DNA of 64,000 nt, taken from positions 68,618 through 132,617 of the forward strand of contig DATKGV010000008.1 of the NCBI GenBank assembly GCA_035510575.1. The letters are read 5' to 3'. Each line of letters starts with the position of its first letter. Position 1 is the stretch's first letter. This stretch comes from Minisyncoccota bacterium. GTDB taxonomy: Bacteria; Patescibacteriota; Minisyncoccia; Phycocordibacterales; UBA9973. Both the position numbers and the translations under genes were made by a program. Positions 1-10,271 of the stretch are shown here, one piece after another. A model generated the notes under the pieces. That model was given only the letters and a program-made list of their open reading frames with translations, had not been told where the DNA came from and made no database searches.

Positions 1-7
1 GAATAAT

Positions 8-1798
8 TTGACTAATGATATAGTTCAAAAAGAGACCAATATATTGAAAAATCCCGGCTACTCGGCTTATTACCCGTATGGCCGAAGTTTTTCCCTGCTG
101 GCGACGGAAGAGAGCGCAGTTCACGGCGTAAATCTATATGCTCAAAGTTTGACGAATAATCTTATCCTCGGATCAACGCCGAAAAGTTTCGCGACTGATT
201 TCTCGCAAGGCGGACTTAATAACTCATCATCAGGAATATACTCATCTTCATATGATTCAGATGGCGGCTGGGATGGATGGCTTGGTTTGACTATGAATCC
301 AGCCAACAATCCGCTCGGATTTACTTTGCTTGAAGGCGAAAACATAGCTAAGAAGCAATCGACTGCCGTTGCCATGACGAAAGAACAATTAGCCGAAGGC
401 AATGGCTATCTTCCTGATCAGAGATGCGTTAAATGGCAATTGGTAGATAAAGCCGGCAATCTTGAATACGATGATGATGGCTCGGACTCAACAACCACCA
501 GTGATCCTGGAGCAGGAAATGGCATATGCATACTCTATAAAACAGTCACTCCTGGAAGCGCTATAAGAGATAAGGTTGCCAAATATATTAATTCGCCCGA
601 AACACAGCTTGAACTGGGCCAAACCATGAATGACGCGCTGAACCTTTTGTTCACTAAACTCCTTAGTCAATTTGAAAATCAAGGTCTTGTAAGTCTTGGA
701 ACAACTGCCGTTAGCATGACTAATGGCGGTAGCACGCTTAATGGAACGAACATAAATAATAATGGCGGAGGATTTACCGGATCGTTTGATTTAACTAGAG
801 ATATACCGGCTTTGATTAAAACGCAGAATGACTATAAGACGGCGGCCAACAAATCATTGAAAGAAGTTCTGCCTTTTGTCGTGCCGGCAGTCGGCAAGCT
901 TGATTATTGCATTCCAGGACCTAACTCAAATTGGCAAAGCAATTCCAGTGATACTATGAATAATCTTAATGACTATTTAACCAACATAAGAACGCAGAGT
1001 GTGGATATACCAGCGTGGAAATTTAAACTTGAATGTCTATCTTTTGGCATAATCTCTTATCTTTCCTCATGTTCTGGGGATAACACTACTACTCGTACCG
1101 ATATTCTGACGCTACCGGATCCATCAACATACAAAAGCGCTTTTGACGGCTATCTAAGTTTTAACACAAATTTATGGAAGGAAGTAAAGGCAATATTCTA
1201 TGCTTACGTCACAAAGGGTGAAACTACTGACGGCCCTTTTATTTTCTTCATGGATAACGATAGTCCGCTTGGACCTTTCAAATCTTATGGCCAGATACCA
1301 GCAGGCGCGCCAATAATTAAGATTTCTCAAGTTCAGATTGACGGCAAAGTTACAGCTTGGACCGATTATATAAAAAATCTCAATACTGAATATAAAGCCA
1401 AGATTGATGCTTTATACGGGCCGAATAGCGTCATGCAGAGCGGATTTGATTCAAACTTAAATCCATCTTCAGATTATCTGCCTATGGCGCAAGCGGGCCT
1501 CAGTATAACAAAAGACCTCAAAGTAGACGCTGATAATATAACTTCCGAGACAAAAGATTATACTGACTCTGTTTCGCAAGCTACTTCAAACATATACAAG
1601 CTTCAAAAAATAGATGATCAAGTCCAGGCAATTCTTAAAATAGCGCGAGACAGGAGAGCTGCCAACAGAGCCAAGGCCGGAGAGGACCCATTCACGCAAT
1701 ATTGCCTTGATAATGAAGTAATAAATATTACCGGCAATGATTGCATAGATCCGGCAACAGGAAATACGATAGAGTGCATTCCCACAATTGCGCCTTAA
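8..1798 (+). CDS. Large CPR-type hypothetical protein of the T4SS-like locus (probably 5'-truncated by the window edge)
   Basis: 596-aa ORF whose frame is open to the window start; GGWDGWL..T.NPANNP motif recalled from CPR proteins in this locus; first of a co-oriented run of genes. Confidence 0.7.
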   Translation: MTNDIVQKETNILKNPGYSAYYPYGRSFSLLATEESAVHGVNLYAQSLTNNLILGSTPKSFATDFSQGGLNNSSSGIYSSSYDSDGGWDGWLGLTMNPANNPLGFTLLEGENIAKKQSTAVAMTKEQLAEGNGYLPDQRCVKWQLVDKAGNLEYDDDGSDSTTTSDPGAGNGICILYKTVTPGSAIRDKVAKYINSPETQLELGQTMNDALNLLFTKLLSQFENQGLVSLGTTAVSMTNGGSTLNGTNINNNGGGFTGSFDLTRDIPALIKTQNDYKTAANKSLKEVLPFVVPAVGKLDYCIPGPNSNWQSNSSDTMNNLNDYLTNIRTQSVDIPAWKFKLECLSFGIISYLSSCSGDNTTTRTDILTLPDPSTYKSAFDGYLSFNTNLWKEVKAIFYAYVTKGETTDGPFIFFMDNDSPLGPFKSYGQIPAGAPIIKISQVQIDGKVTAWTDYIKNLNTEYKAKIDALYGPNSVMQSGFDSNLNPSSDYLPMAQAGLSITKDLKVDADNITSETKDYTDSVSQATSNIYKLQKIDDQVQAILKIARDRRAANRAKAGEDPFTQYCLDNEVINITGNDCIDPATGNTIECIPTIAP

Positions 1799-1808
1799 TT
1801 AAAAAATT

Positions 1809-3281
1809 ATGGAAAACAATCCTAAAAAAAGCAAAGCATTGATAATAACGATTATAGCGGTCATTCTGCTCGGAATAGCCGTGTATTTCCTGTTTAAAAA
1901 TAAAAACCAGATATTCGGCACAACAAGCTCACCAACAGGAATTGGCAAAGTTTTTGCGCCGTTGCTTGGCACATCAAAGCCGAAAAATCCAAATGTAATA
2001 GGCAATGGCGGAGCAACAAATGGCACAGGAGCAGGGACAGGAAATAATGGAGGGTTGATTACAGGAGGAACAGGTACAGGAGTAGGGACAGGAAATAATG
2101 GCGGGTTGATTACAGGGGGAACAGGATCAGGCCCCATTAATGTTGGTCCGGCAAATAATACCAGCGGCGGTTTTGGATCAAATGGAGAATACTCTCCAGC
2201 GCTTACGCCGATCCCAACGCCTAATAATAATTTAAATAACAATAATAATTCAAATCCAAATGCTCCTGTGGTTACATTCACTGCAAATCCATCGTCATTA
2301 TCTTCAACGGGAGGATCATCAGTTCTCACATGGACTGTAGCGAATATGCAGTATAGTCCTGCTTCATGCGTGGCAAGTGGCGGGAGTGGTTGGACCGGAA
2401 GTAAATATTTTGCCGGCACGCAGAAAATGTCAGTAACTTCAACAACCGACTATACGCTTACTTGCTCAAACTCATTTGGAAGCAATTCAGCGACAACAAC
2501 CATAACAGTTGGTTCAACCAATAATTTAAATCCAAATGCTCCTGTGGTTACATTTACTGCAAATCCATCGTCATTATCTTCAACGGGAGGATCATCAGTT
2601 CTCACATGGACTGTAGCGAATATGCAGTATAGTCCTGCTTCATGCGTGGCAAGTGGCGGGAGTGGTTGGACCGGAAGCAAGTATTATGGCGGCACGCAGA
2701 AAATGTCAGTAACTTCAACAACCGACTATACGCTTACTTGCTCAAACTCATTTGGAAGCAATTCAGCGACAACAACCATAACAGTTGGTGAAACCACGCC
2801 GCCAACAGAGATAACAGCTTCATGTCCTGATGATCCATTGTTATTTACGCGCACCGAGCACCAAAAGCTTGTTCTTTTATTAAAACAATTTTATCTTATC
2901 GCGCCGACGCTTAAAACGGATGATGATGTGACTGCCGTAAACAGCGATATGGACAAGAACAAAGCGATAATAGATCAAGCCACGGAATTTGAAAAAGAAT
3001 GTCAGGCAGAAAAAGGAAATCCTGATTATAAAACAGATCCTGATTACAATCCTAATTACACCGGTCCGACATCAATAAAATGCAATCCATATTATCAAGA
3101 GGGTACATGCGCAAATGACAATTTTGACGGAAGTTATCTTCCTAGTTCTCTCACTACTCCAAGTCCTACATCCGAGTGGTTCGCAGCGACATATATGGAT
3201 CCAACAAAAACTCAAACTTACGACAAAAGCGCAAAACCTGAAGATTACAGCAAATTTGAAAAAATGTTTTATATTTGGTAA
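1809..3281 (+). CDS. Membrane-anchored surface protein with Gly/Asn-rich linker and two tandem Ig/PKD-like domains
   Basis: N-terminal TM helix; two near-identical beta-rich repeats at 92-aa period (PVVTFTANP...DYTLTCSN...TTITVG). Confidence 0.75.
   Translation: MENNPKKSKALIITIIAVILLGIAVYFLFKNKNQIFGTTSSPTGIGKVFAPLLGTSKPKNPNVIGNGGATNGTGAGTGNNGGLITGGTGTGVGTGNNGGLITGGTGSGPINVGPANNTSGGFGSNGEYSPALTPIPTPNNNLNNNNNSNPNAPVVTFTANPSSLSSTGGSSVLTWTVANMQYSPASCVASGGSGWTGSKYFAGTQKMSVTSTTDYTLTCSNSFGSNSATTTITVGSTNNLNPNAPVVTFTANPSSLSSTGGSSVLTWTVANMQYSPASCVASGGSGWTGSKYYGGTQKMSVTSTTDYTLTCSNSFGSNSATTTITVGETTPPTEITASCPDDPLLFTRTEHQKLVLLLKQFYLIAPTLKTDDDVTAVNSDMDKNKAIIDQATEFEKECQAEKGNPDYKTDPDYNPNYTGPTSIKCNPYYQEGTCANDNFDGSYLPSSLTTPSPTSEWFAATYMDPTKTQTYDKSAKPEDYSKFEKMFYIW
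2252..2789 (+). repeat. Intragenic tandem duplication, 2 x 262 bp (period 276 bp)
   Basis: 2252-2513 vs 2528-2789 differ at about 5 positions by eye. Confidence 0.95.
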
Positions 3282-5971
3282 TTATTATCGCCATGAAAAA
3301 AATTTTGCCTTACATTCTCATAATTTCAGTCATCGCAAATTTCTTTGCGCCTATTAGCGTGGGTATGGACAGCAATTACAGAGTGAATGTAAAGAGCAAT
3401 ACGGCCAGCGCGGCCGGGTTCGATGATACTCCAACCGGCTATAAAAATGCTTTTCCAAACACAAGTAGTGTTGTTTCTGCTGGCCGTATAGATGTAATAC
3501 CGCCTGATAATAAAACAGCCACAATGGTGGTTAATATTACTTTAAGCACCGGTGTTGCTTCAGGGGGAGATGCGTCAGACAATTGGAGTCATGCGCAATA
3601 CGAAGGAGAAGGCACAGGGGGTGTCACATTTTTTGCTGATAATGATTTTATCTTAGTTATAAAAGATAATAACAATCCAAATCTAACTGGCTGGCTTGAT
3701 GTTACCAACGCACTGTTAAACCTATCTAATACTGGCGGTATGAATTATTTGGGAAACATGACAGGGAAATCTGGGTGGCGAGGGGACAGTAAAATGCCAA
3801 TTTCTATTTCCAATGATGTTCTTGTTAAAGATATCTCGCCTATAGGAACTCCCGGATTATCGTCATTGCAAGCAGGAGGAAGTTATACTGTAACTTTGTA
3901 TTATAAAGGATGTTATGACAATGATGTGACAGATATACTAGACAGAATCTGCACTGGTGGAAAAGCCGGAGTAGATATTCTTCAAAAGGAGAGCACTCTT
4001 TCACCGGTAATAAATAGATATTTCAGCATAGCAAGCACTCCTCCTATTGTTATCCAAAAACAAGGCACTACCGGGGGAGCTATCAGTAAAGGGCAGGCAA
4101 CAATGGTGCCAGGAGCTGTAGATACTATGCCATATTGCTTCAAGGATCCTTTTGATCTCAGTCCTGCGGGCTGCGCGGCGCAGCTTTTGTATTATGTATT
4201 ATTTGTTCCGACATCATTCGTGTTCGCGCTGACTGGAAGATTTTTTGATTTTGTTTTCGCGTATTCCATAAGCGACTCTTCTTACAGATCGGCTTTCGTG
4301 GTACAAGGATGGGGTCTTGTGCGCGATTTCTGCAATATGTTCTTTATCTTTGTTCTGCTTTATATCGCCTTTGCCACAATCCTTAATCTTCAAGGATTCA
4401 AGACAAAAGAAATGATTATAAATGTGGTCATCATAGGCATACTGATCAATTTCAGCTTATTCGCCACGCAAGTTATTATCGACACTTCAAACATACTGGC
4501 AAGAGTTTTCTATAATTCAAACGCTATTACGATTACTCAAAACAGCACTGCTGGAACTGGACTCGGCACTGTTACCGCAGGTCCCAATGGAGAATTGCCG
4601 TTATCAGCCGCTTTAGTTAATAAAGTTAATCCTCAAAACTTAATTATCAATGCAAACCAAGTCGGTTATTTGCCGGACAAGGGAGGCGTGGGCAACAAAG
4701 ACAAGACAACCCTAGGAACAGGAACGTTTATTCTGGTCACATTGCTCGCTACTGCGGTAAACATAGTCGGCTTGATGGTATTTCTATCTGTCGGCTTGAT
4801 CTTCGTTGCTAGAGTTGTCGGGCTGTGGCTGGCTATGATATTTGTTCCTCTGGCATTCTTCTCCTATACAGTGCCAGCGATGCAAGGCCTTGATTACATC
4901 GGGTGGAAAAAATGGTGGCCTGAGACGCTGAAGCTGGCATTTTTGGCTCCAATCTTCATATTCTTCCTTTATTTGATACTTAAATTCCTTGATACCGGCC
5001 TTAGCTTGATAAACGCTCAAGGCCAAAGCGGTCTGGCATTCGTGGTTTCAATTATGTTGCCGTTCATATTTATTATGGTGCTCTTAATGAAAGCTAAAGA
5101 TGTTGCAAGGACGATGTCAGGAACTATGGGACAAGGGATTGTTGATGGTGTTAAAAAATATGGTGGTATGGCTGCTGGGGCAGGTCTTGGTGTAGCAGCT
5201 TTTGCTGGAAGACAAACTATTGGACGTCTAGCCACTAATGCAATGCAAAGTAATAAATTCATGGACTGGGCAGGAAAAAATAAAATTGGCGCTCGCGCAT
5301 TAAAGATGACAAGCGGTGTTGCTTCAGGTAGCTTTGATGCAAGGGGAGTAAAGATTGCTGGTAAAGATTTAAGTTCAACTGGTCTTGATGTAGGAAAAAG
5401 TGCAAAGGCTGGTGGTTTTGCTAAGATAAGAGAAGATAAAGTTAAAAAAGAAGAAGAGTTTGCAAAAAAACATCTTGATACAAGTGATTATGGAATGGCT
5501 GAATTAAGAAGTGGAAATATGTCAAAAGCAAAAGCTGATAGAGTTATTGAACAAATTAAAAAATCTAATAATGGTAAAGGGGAACTTCCTGTTGATAAAA
5601 ATGGTAAACCTATAAGTGAAGCGGCATTTAGAACTCAATTAGTAATGGGTGACGGGTTGGATGCAAAAACTGCTCAAACAGTAGCTGATCAAATGAGTTC
5701 TGCTAGAAGAAATGATAGAGCTGATCAATTTAAAAATAGCATATTTGCAACAAATAGAATAAAAGCAAATAAAATTAGAAAGAATCCGGAAAATCTGAAA
5801 GAAGCGCGTCAATTAGCTGCTACTGTTGCAGCCCTTGCTGCAGCGCAAAAAGCTACTGAAGGCGGACATAATAAACCGGAGGCACATAAAGAACCTGCTG
5901 TTCAAGCCGCACCAGCACCTGCTGCAACTCCAGCATCTGCTCCATCGGGTGGAGAGACGCATCATGCTTAA
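3275..5971 (+). CDS. VirB6/TrbL-like multi-pass membrane protein with large extracellular N-terminal domain (start probably at MKKILP)
   Basis: Signal/TM N-terminus; central multi-TM block (GWGLVRDFCNMFFIF, LINFSLF, APIFIFFLY); position upstream of prgI-virB4. Confidence 0.7.
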   Translation: MVIIIAMKKILPYILIISVIANFFAPISVGMDSNYRVNVKSNTASAAGFDDTPTGYKNAFPNTSSVVSAGRIDVIPPDNKTATMVVNITLSTGVASGGDASDNWSHAQYEGEGTGGVTFFADNDFILVIKDNNNPNLTGWLDVTNALLNLSNTGGMNYLGNMTGKSGWRGDSKMPISISNDVLVKDISPIGTPGLSSLQAGGSYTVTLYYKGCYDNDVTDILDRICTGGKAGVDILQKESTLSPVINRYFSIASTPPIVIQKQGTTGGAISKGQATMVPGAVDTMPYCFKDPFDLSPAGCAAQLLYYVLFVPTSFVFALTGRFFDFVFAYSISDSSYRSAFVVQGWGLVRDFCNMFFIFVLLYIAFATILNLQGFKTKEMIINVVIIGILINFSLFATQVIIDTSNILARVFYNSNAITITQNSTAGTGLGTVTAGPNGELPLSAALVNKVNPQNLIINANQVGYLPDKGGVGNKDKTTLGTGTFILVTLLATAVNIVGLMVFLSVGLIFVARVVGLWLAMIFVPLAFFSYTVPAMQGLDYIGWKKWWPETLKLAFLAPIFIFFLYLILKFLDTGLSLINAQGQSGLAFVVSIMLPFIFIMVLLMKAKDVARTMSGTMGQGIVDGVKKYGGMAAGAGLGVAAFAGRQTIGRLATNAMQSNKFMDWAGKNKIGARALKMTSGVASGSFDARGVKIAGKDLSSTGLDVGKSAKAGGFAKIREDKVKKEEEFAKKHLDTSDYGMAELRSGNMSKAKADRVIEQIKKSNNGKGELPVDKNGKPISEAAFRTQLVMGDGLDAKTAQTVADQMSSARRNDRADQFKNSIFATNRIKANKIRKNPENLKEARQLAATVAALAAAQKATEGGHNKPEAHKEPAVQAAPAPAATPASAPSGGETHHA

Positions 5972-5982
5972 AATATAATATA

Positions 5983-7089
5983 ATGGATACAGAAACAGAA
6001 AAAATAATAGAGGAACAGTTAAAATCTTTACCTGAAGAGATAGTTGCCTTTTTTGCTGATCCAAAAACAAATGAGCAAATTTTAGAGATAGGAAAAACAG
6101 CTCAACTTAATGCTGAACAATTGGATATTTTTCAAATGGAAACTTCTTTATTGATACTAGGATTAGTTTATCCAAATGATTTTAAAGATGAACTAAAAAG
6201 CAAATTAAATATAAAAGAAGAAATTCTAAATAAGATAATAAAAGATATATATATATTTATATCAGATGAAAAAATAGAAAAACTTAAAGAAATATATAAA
6301 GAAGACAAGGAACAATTAGAACTTGATCCAAGATTTTCTGATTTATCAATAAACATACAACTAGCGATTGCAAGTTCAGATTGGCAAAACAAACTTTATG
6401 AAATAGCGACAAAAAATAAGCTGACAGTCGATAAAATGGCGCTTTTGGAAGATATCACAGTCAAAGTAATGTCAGGCAAAATTCCGCCGGATAAATATGA
6501 GGGCGAATTGGCAAGCGCTTTGACCGGGCTAGACAAGGATGATTTGAAGGAAATAGTCGCGGAGGTAAATGAAAATATTATGAAAGTTATCCGCGCCTTT
6601 GAGCAGGAACAAACAAAAGAACCAGAGGAAGACGAAGTTCCTCTTCCTCCATACAAGAAAGCGCCAGTAGAGAATTTGTCATTTAAAAATGAGGAAAGCA
6701 TATATGCGACTTCCGGAATTCAAATGATAAATGAAACGCCATCAAAAGAAAATATTAATGAGAAAGAAAAAATGACAATGAATGAAGATAAGGTTTTGGC
6801 AAAGCAAGGGATCGGTATGATAGAAGAAAAACCAGAAATTGAAAAAGAGCACTTGCTTCCAAATACTGAAACGCAAAAAAGCGTTCTTGAAGGCATAGAA
6901 AATCCGCCCAGCGTCGCTTCAAGCATCATAGGGAATAAATTAAGCGGTCCGACTGCGAGCATGAATAAAGTCAGCGATTATTCTCTGCCTAAAATAAGCA
7001 AAAAAGATGACGAAGCTGGTAAAATACCGAAGCCGCCTGAGGGATATACTTCTAAACTGCATGATCCATATCACGAAGAAGTAATATAA
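5983..7089 (+). CDS. Acidic hypothetical protein ending in DPYHE (CPR-typical C-terminal motif)
   Basis: 368-aa ORF; two similar helical domains and a low-complexity tail. Confidence 0.7.
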   Translation: MDTETEKIIEEQLKSLPEEIVAFFADPKTNEQILEIGKTAQLNAEQLDIFQMETSLLILGLVYPNDFKDELKSKLNIKEEILNKIIKDIYIFISDEKIEKLKEIYKEDKEQLELDPRFSDLSINIQLAIASSDWQNKLYEIATKNKLTVDKMALLEDITVKVMSGKIPPDKYEGELASALTGLDKDDLKEIVAEVNENIMKVIRAFEQEQTKEPEEDEVPLPPYKKAPVENLSFKNEESIYATSGIQMINETPSKENINEKEKMTMNEDKVLAKQGIGMIEEKPEIEKEHLLPNTETQKSVLEGIENPPSVASSIIGNKLSGPTASMNKVSDYSLPKISKKDDEAGKIPKPPEGYTSKLHDPYHEEVI

Positions 7090-7093
7090 TGGA

Positions 7094-7183
7094 ATTTCCT
7101 CCTCCCCTTAATAAGGGGAGGATTGAGGAGGGGTCTTTGTGTTTGACCCCCTCCCAGCCTCCCCCTTGTTAAGGGGGAGGGGA
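7094..7183. repeat. REP-like doublet (two inverted CCCCT..AGGGG palindromes)
   Basis: cctccccttaataaggggaggattgaggaggggtc followed by gaccccctcccagcctcccccttgttaagggggagggg. Confidence 0.85.
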
Positions 7184-7211
7184 AGAAATAAAAACATGTT
7201 ATACTATTTAT

Positions 7212-7625
7212 ATGCAATTCAAGGTTCCGCAATTTATCGACGTTGAAGACAAGCTGTTCGGCCCTTTTACTTTTCGCCAATTCGCTTATTTAGTCGGGGG
7301 CGCCGGCTTGATATACGTCATATACAGATTATTGCCGTTATGGATAGGAATTTTCTTTATTTTGCCTGTGGCTGGACTTTCGGCTTTGCTGACATTCTAC
7401 AAGATAAATAACAAGCCCTTCATTTATTATCTGCAAGCGGGAATTAATTACTATATTTCCAGCAAGCTGTATATATGGAAACAGCGCCTGGTAAAACACA
7501 ATGAAAAAACAGAAGAAGCCGTCTTGCCGCAGCCGATATCAGTCGTGCCGATGATATCAAAAAGCTCTTTGAAAGATCTTTCATGGAGCTTGGATGTCAA
7601 AGAGAAAGAAAGCGACAACACTTAA
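7212..7625 (+). CDS. prgI: PrgI family protein
   Basis: MQFKVPQFIDVEDKLFGPFTFRQF signature; two TM helices. Confidence 0.85.
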   Translation: MQFKVPQFIDVEDKLFGPFTFRQFAYLVGGAGLIYVIYRLLPLWIGIFFILPVAGLSALLTFYKINNKPFIYYLQAGINYYISSKLYIWKQRLVKHNEKTEEAVLPQPISVVPMISKSSLKDLSWSLDVKEKESDNT

Positions 7626-7651
7626 TATAAGTAACATGTTATAATAAAAAG

Positions 7652-8305
7652 ATGGCAATCAACGCAAGAGCAGCTCAAGAATTCGTGCCAATCAAAGAAG
7701 TACGCAACGGGGTTATCATTCTAAAGGATGGCGGGCTTAGAGCCGTGCTGATAGCCTCATCTATCAACCTGTCTCTTAAGTCCTCAGACGAACAAGTAGC
7801 CATAATAAATCAATTTCAGTCATTCCTTAATGGGCTTGATTTTTCCGTGCAAATCGTCATTCAATCGCGCCGGCTTGATATCAGGCCCTATCTTATGACG
7901 CTTGAGGGACGGCTAAAAGAGCAGAAGGAGCAGCTGTTAAAAATACAAACAAGCGAGTATATAGAATTTATCCGTTCCTTCACCGATGAAGTTAATATAA
8001 TGACAAAAACATTTTTTGTAGTCGTGCCATACAGCTCGACAGCGATAAAGTCAAGCAGCAGCATGCTGGACAGCTTAATCGGCGGAAATACTCCCAAGAA
8101 ACAGGTAGAGGACACCAAGAAAGCCATTGATACTGCCGATTTCGAAGAAAAGCGCAGCCAGCTTGATCAGCGGGTAGGCGTCATAACTGCCGGTCTTGGC
8201 GGACTCGGCATAAGATCAAGCCAGCTTAATACGGAAGAAATAGTTGAACTTTTTTATAAGACATTCAATCCGGGAGATATTAGCCAAGGAATTAAATTAC
8301 AATAA
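7652..8305 (+). CDS. VirB4-associated protein (TraC/TcpE-like N-terminal partner)
   Basis: Between prgI and virB4; SSINLSLKS.DEQ..I..F..FLN.LDF..Q motif. Confidence 0.7.
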   Translation: MAINARAAQEFVPIKEVRNGVIILKDGGLRAVLIASSINLSLKSSDEQVAIINQFQSFLNGLDFSVQIVIQSRRLDIRPYLMTLEGRLKEQKEQLLKIQTSEYIEFIRSFTDEVNIMTKTFFVVVPYSSTAIKSSSSMLDSLIGGNTPKKQVEDTKKAIDTADFEEKRSQLDQRVGVITAGLGGLGIRSSQLNTEEIVELFYKTFNPGDISQGIKLQ

Positions 8306-8307
8306 AA

Positions 8308-10143
8308 ATGAGCATATTTTCATCAATATTAGGAAATAAGAATGATAAAGCAAGCGCCAAGCCCAAAAGCTTGGTGATGCCGGTGCTTCCTACGGAGATT
8401 TACAAAGCGGCGACGCTTGAACTTCAAGATATCATAGCGCCATCGGCTCTTCAAATAACTCCAAAGTCAATCAATCTGGGAGATAAGATAGCTCGCACTT
8501 TTTTCGTCATATCTTATCCCCGCTACCTGACCGATAATTGGTTCTCGCCGATTATCAATCTTGATAAGGTCTTTGATGTTTCCATATTTATTCATCCCAT
8601 CGACACTTCCGAGATACTGCGCTCATTCCAGAAAAAGGTGGCTGAAGTCCAAAGCCAGATTTCAATACGCGAGGGCAAGGGCCTTGTCCGCGACCCGATG
8701 CTGGACACCGCTTATCAAGATCTTGAAGGTTTGCGCGACAGTTTGATGCAAGCGCAAGAAAAAATGTTCGATGTGGGCCTTTATATTACAATCTATGCTG
8801 ATAATGACAATGAGCTGTTCAAAATCGAAAGCGAGATTAAGTCACTTTTGGAATCAAAACTAATATATATAAAGCCCGCTTTGTTCCAGCAGGATGAAGC
8901 GTTCAAGAGCATCATACCGACCGGCACTGATCTTCTTGGCATTCATCAGAAATTGAACACCGAGCCACTTTCAAGCTTGTTCCCATTCGTCTCTTTCGAC
9001 CTGACTTCGGACAAGGGAATCTTGTACGGCGTAAACCGCCATAATTCAAGCCTGATAATTTTCGATAGATTCTCTCTTCCTAATTATAATTCAATTATGT
9101 TCGCGACTTCCGGCGCCGGAAAATCTTATGCCACCAAGCTTGAAATAATACGCACGCTGATGTTTGATACCGAAGTTATCGTTATTGATCCGGAAAGGGA
9201 ATATGAATATCTTTCCGAAGCCGTCGGCGGCAGATATTTCAATATTGCTCTTTCTTCCGACCACCACATCAATCCTTTTGATCTGCCCATTCCGAGCTCC
9301 GATGAAACCGGCGCCGATGTCTTGCGCGCCAATACGATTAATCTCGTGGGATTGTTCCGCATAATGCTGGGCGGGCTCACGCCTGAAGAGGACTCCATAG
9401 TTGATCGCGCGATTACTGAAACATACGCGCTGAAAGATATTACAGCCGACTCGGACTTTGCAAATATTGAACCGCCTCTCTTATCGGATTTCGAAATGAT
9501 TCTGGCGGGAATGGATGGAAGCGGATCGCTTATACAGCGGCTAACCAAATACACTCACGGATCATGGGCGTCATTTTTGGATCAGCCCTCAAACGTTGAT
9601 ATCAACCGCAAATTCGTCGTCTTTTCGGTTCGCGACATGGAAGACGAATTAAAGCCGGTAGCCATGTATATAGTCACGCACTACATCTGGAATGCTGTCC
9701 GTAAAAATATCAAGAAGCGCCTGCTTGTGGTTGATGAGGCCTGGTGGATGATGAAATCCGAAGATACGGCGTCTTTCTTGTATTCCATCGCCAAGCGCGG
9801 GCGAAAATATTATTTGGGGCTTGCTACTATCACGCAAGACGTGGGCGACTTCATGAAAAGCCCATACGGAGTGCCGATAGTTACAAACTCGTCTATTCAG
9901 CTTCTTCTTAAGCAGTCGCCGTCAACGATAGATGTCCTTCAAAAAACATTCAATCTGACCGATGAGGAAAAATATCTGCTTTTGGAAGCCAATGTCGGCG
10001 AGGGAATATTCTTCGCCGGCCTCAAGCACGTGGCTGTCAAAGTGATATCTTCTTATACCGAGGACCAAATTATCACTTCGGATCCTTCGCAAATCCTGGC
10101 TATTAAGAAAGCAAAAGATGATTTGCTTTCGGCAAAGAGTTAG
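8308..10143 (+). CDS. virB4: VirB4-like type IV secretion ATPase
   Basis: Walker A ATSGAGKS; IDPEREY; Walker B LLVVDEAW; KRGRKY..L.TITQ. Confidence 0.9.
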   Translation: MSIFSSILGNKNDKASAKPKSLVMPVLPTEIYKAATLELQDIIAPSALQITPKSINLGDKIARTFFVISYPRYLTDNWFSPIINLDKVFDVSIFIHPIDTSEILRSFQKKVAEVQSQISIREGKGLVRDPMLDTAYQDLEGLRDSLMQAQEKMFDVGLYITIYADNDNELFKIESEIKSLLESKLIYIKPALFQQDEAFKSIIPTGTDLLGIHQKLNTEPLSSLFPFVSFDLTSDKGILYGVNRHNSSLIIFDRFSLPNYNSIMFATSGAGKSYATKLEIIRTLMFDTEVIVIDPEREYEYLSEAVGGRYFNIALSSDHHINPFDLPIPSSDETGADVLRANTINLVGLFRIMLGGLTPEEDSIVDRAITETYALKDITADSDFANIEPPLLSDFEMILAGMDGSGSLIQRLTKYTHGSWASFLDQPSNVDINRKFVVFSVRDMEDELKPVAMYIVTHYIWNAVRKNIKKRLLVVDEAWWMMKSEDTASFLYSIAKRGRKYYLGLATITQDVGDFMKSPYGVPIVTNSSIQLLLKQSPSTIDVLQKTFNLTDEEKYLLLEANVGEGIFFAGLKHVAVKVISSYTEDQIITSDPSQILAIKKAKDDLLSAKS

Positions 10144-10154
10144 GGTTGAATTTT

Positions 10155-10246
10155 CGCCCCCTGCTAAGGGGGAGATGCCAAGGGCAGAGGGGGTGCCTAC
10201 TAATTCACCCCTCCTCAATCCTCCCCTTATTAAGGGGAAGAGGAAT
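10155..10246. repeat. REP-like doublet
   Basis: gccccctgctaagggggagatgcc..agggggtg plus acccctcctcaatcctccccttattaaggggaagagg; the latter is the near-exact reverse complement of 7094-7133. Confidence 0.85.
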
Positions 10247-10271
10247 TTTTTTAATTGTTTAGTAGCGCAAA

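Noticed and set aside
1799-2680. Minus-strand ORFs with repeated PVPPVINPP text
   Set aside because: Antisense shadows of the Gly/Thr-rich repeats in 1809-3281.
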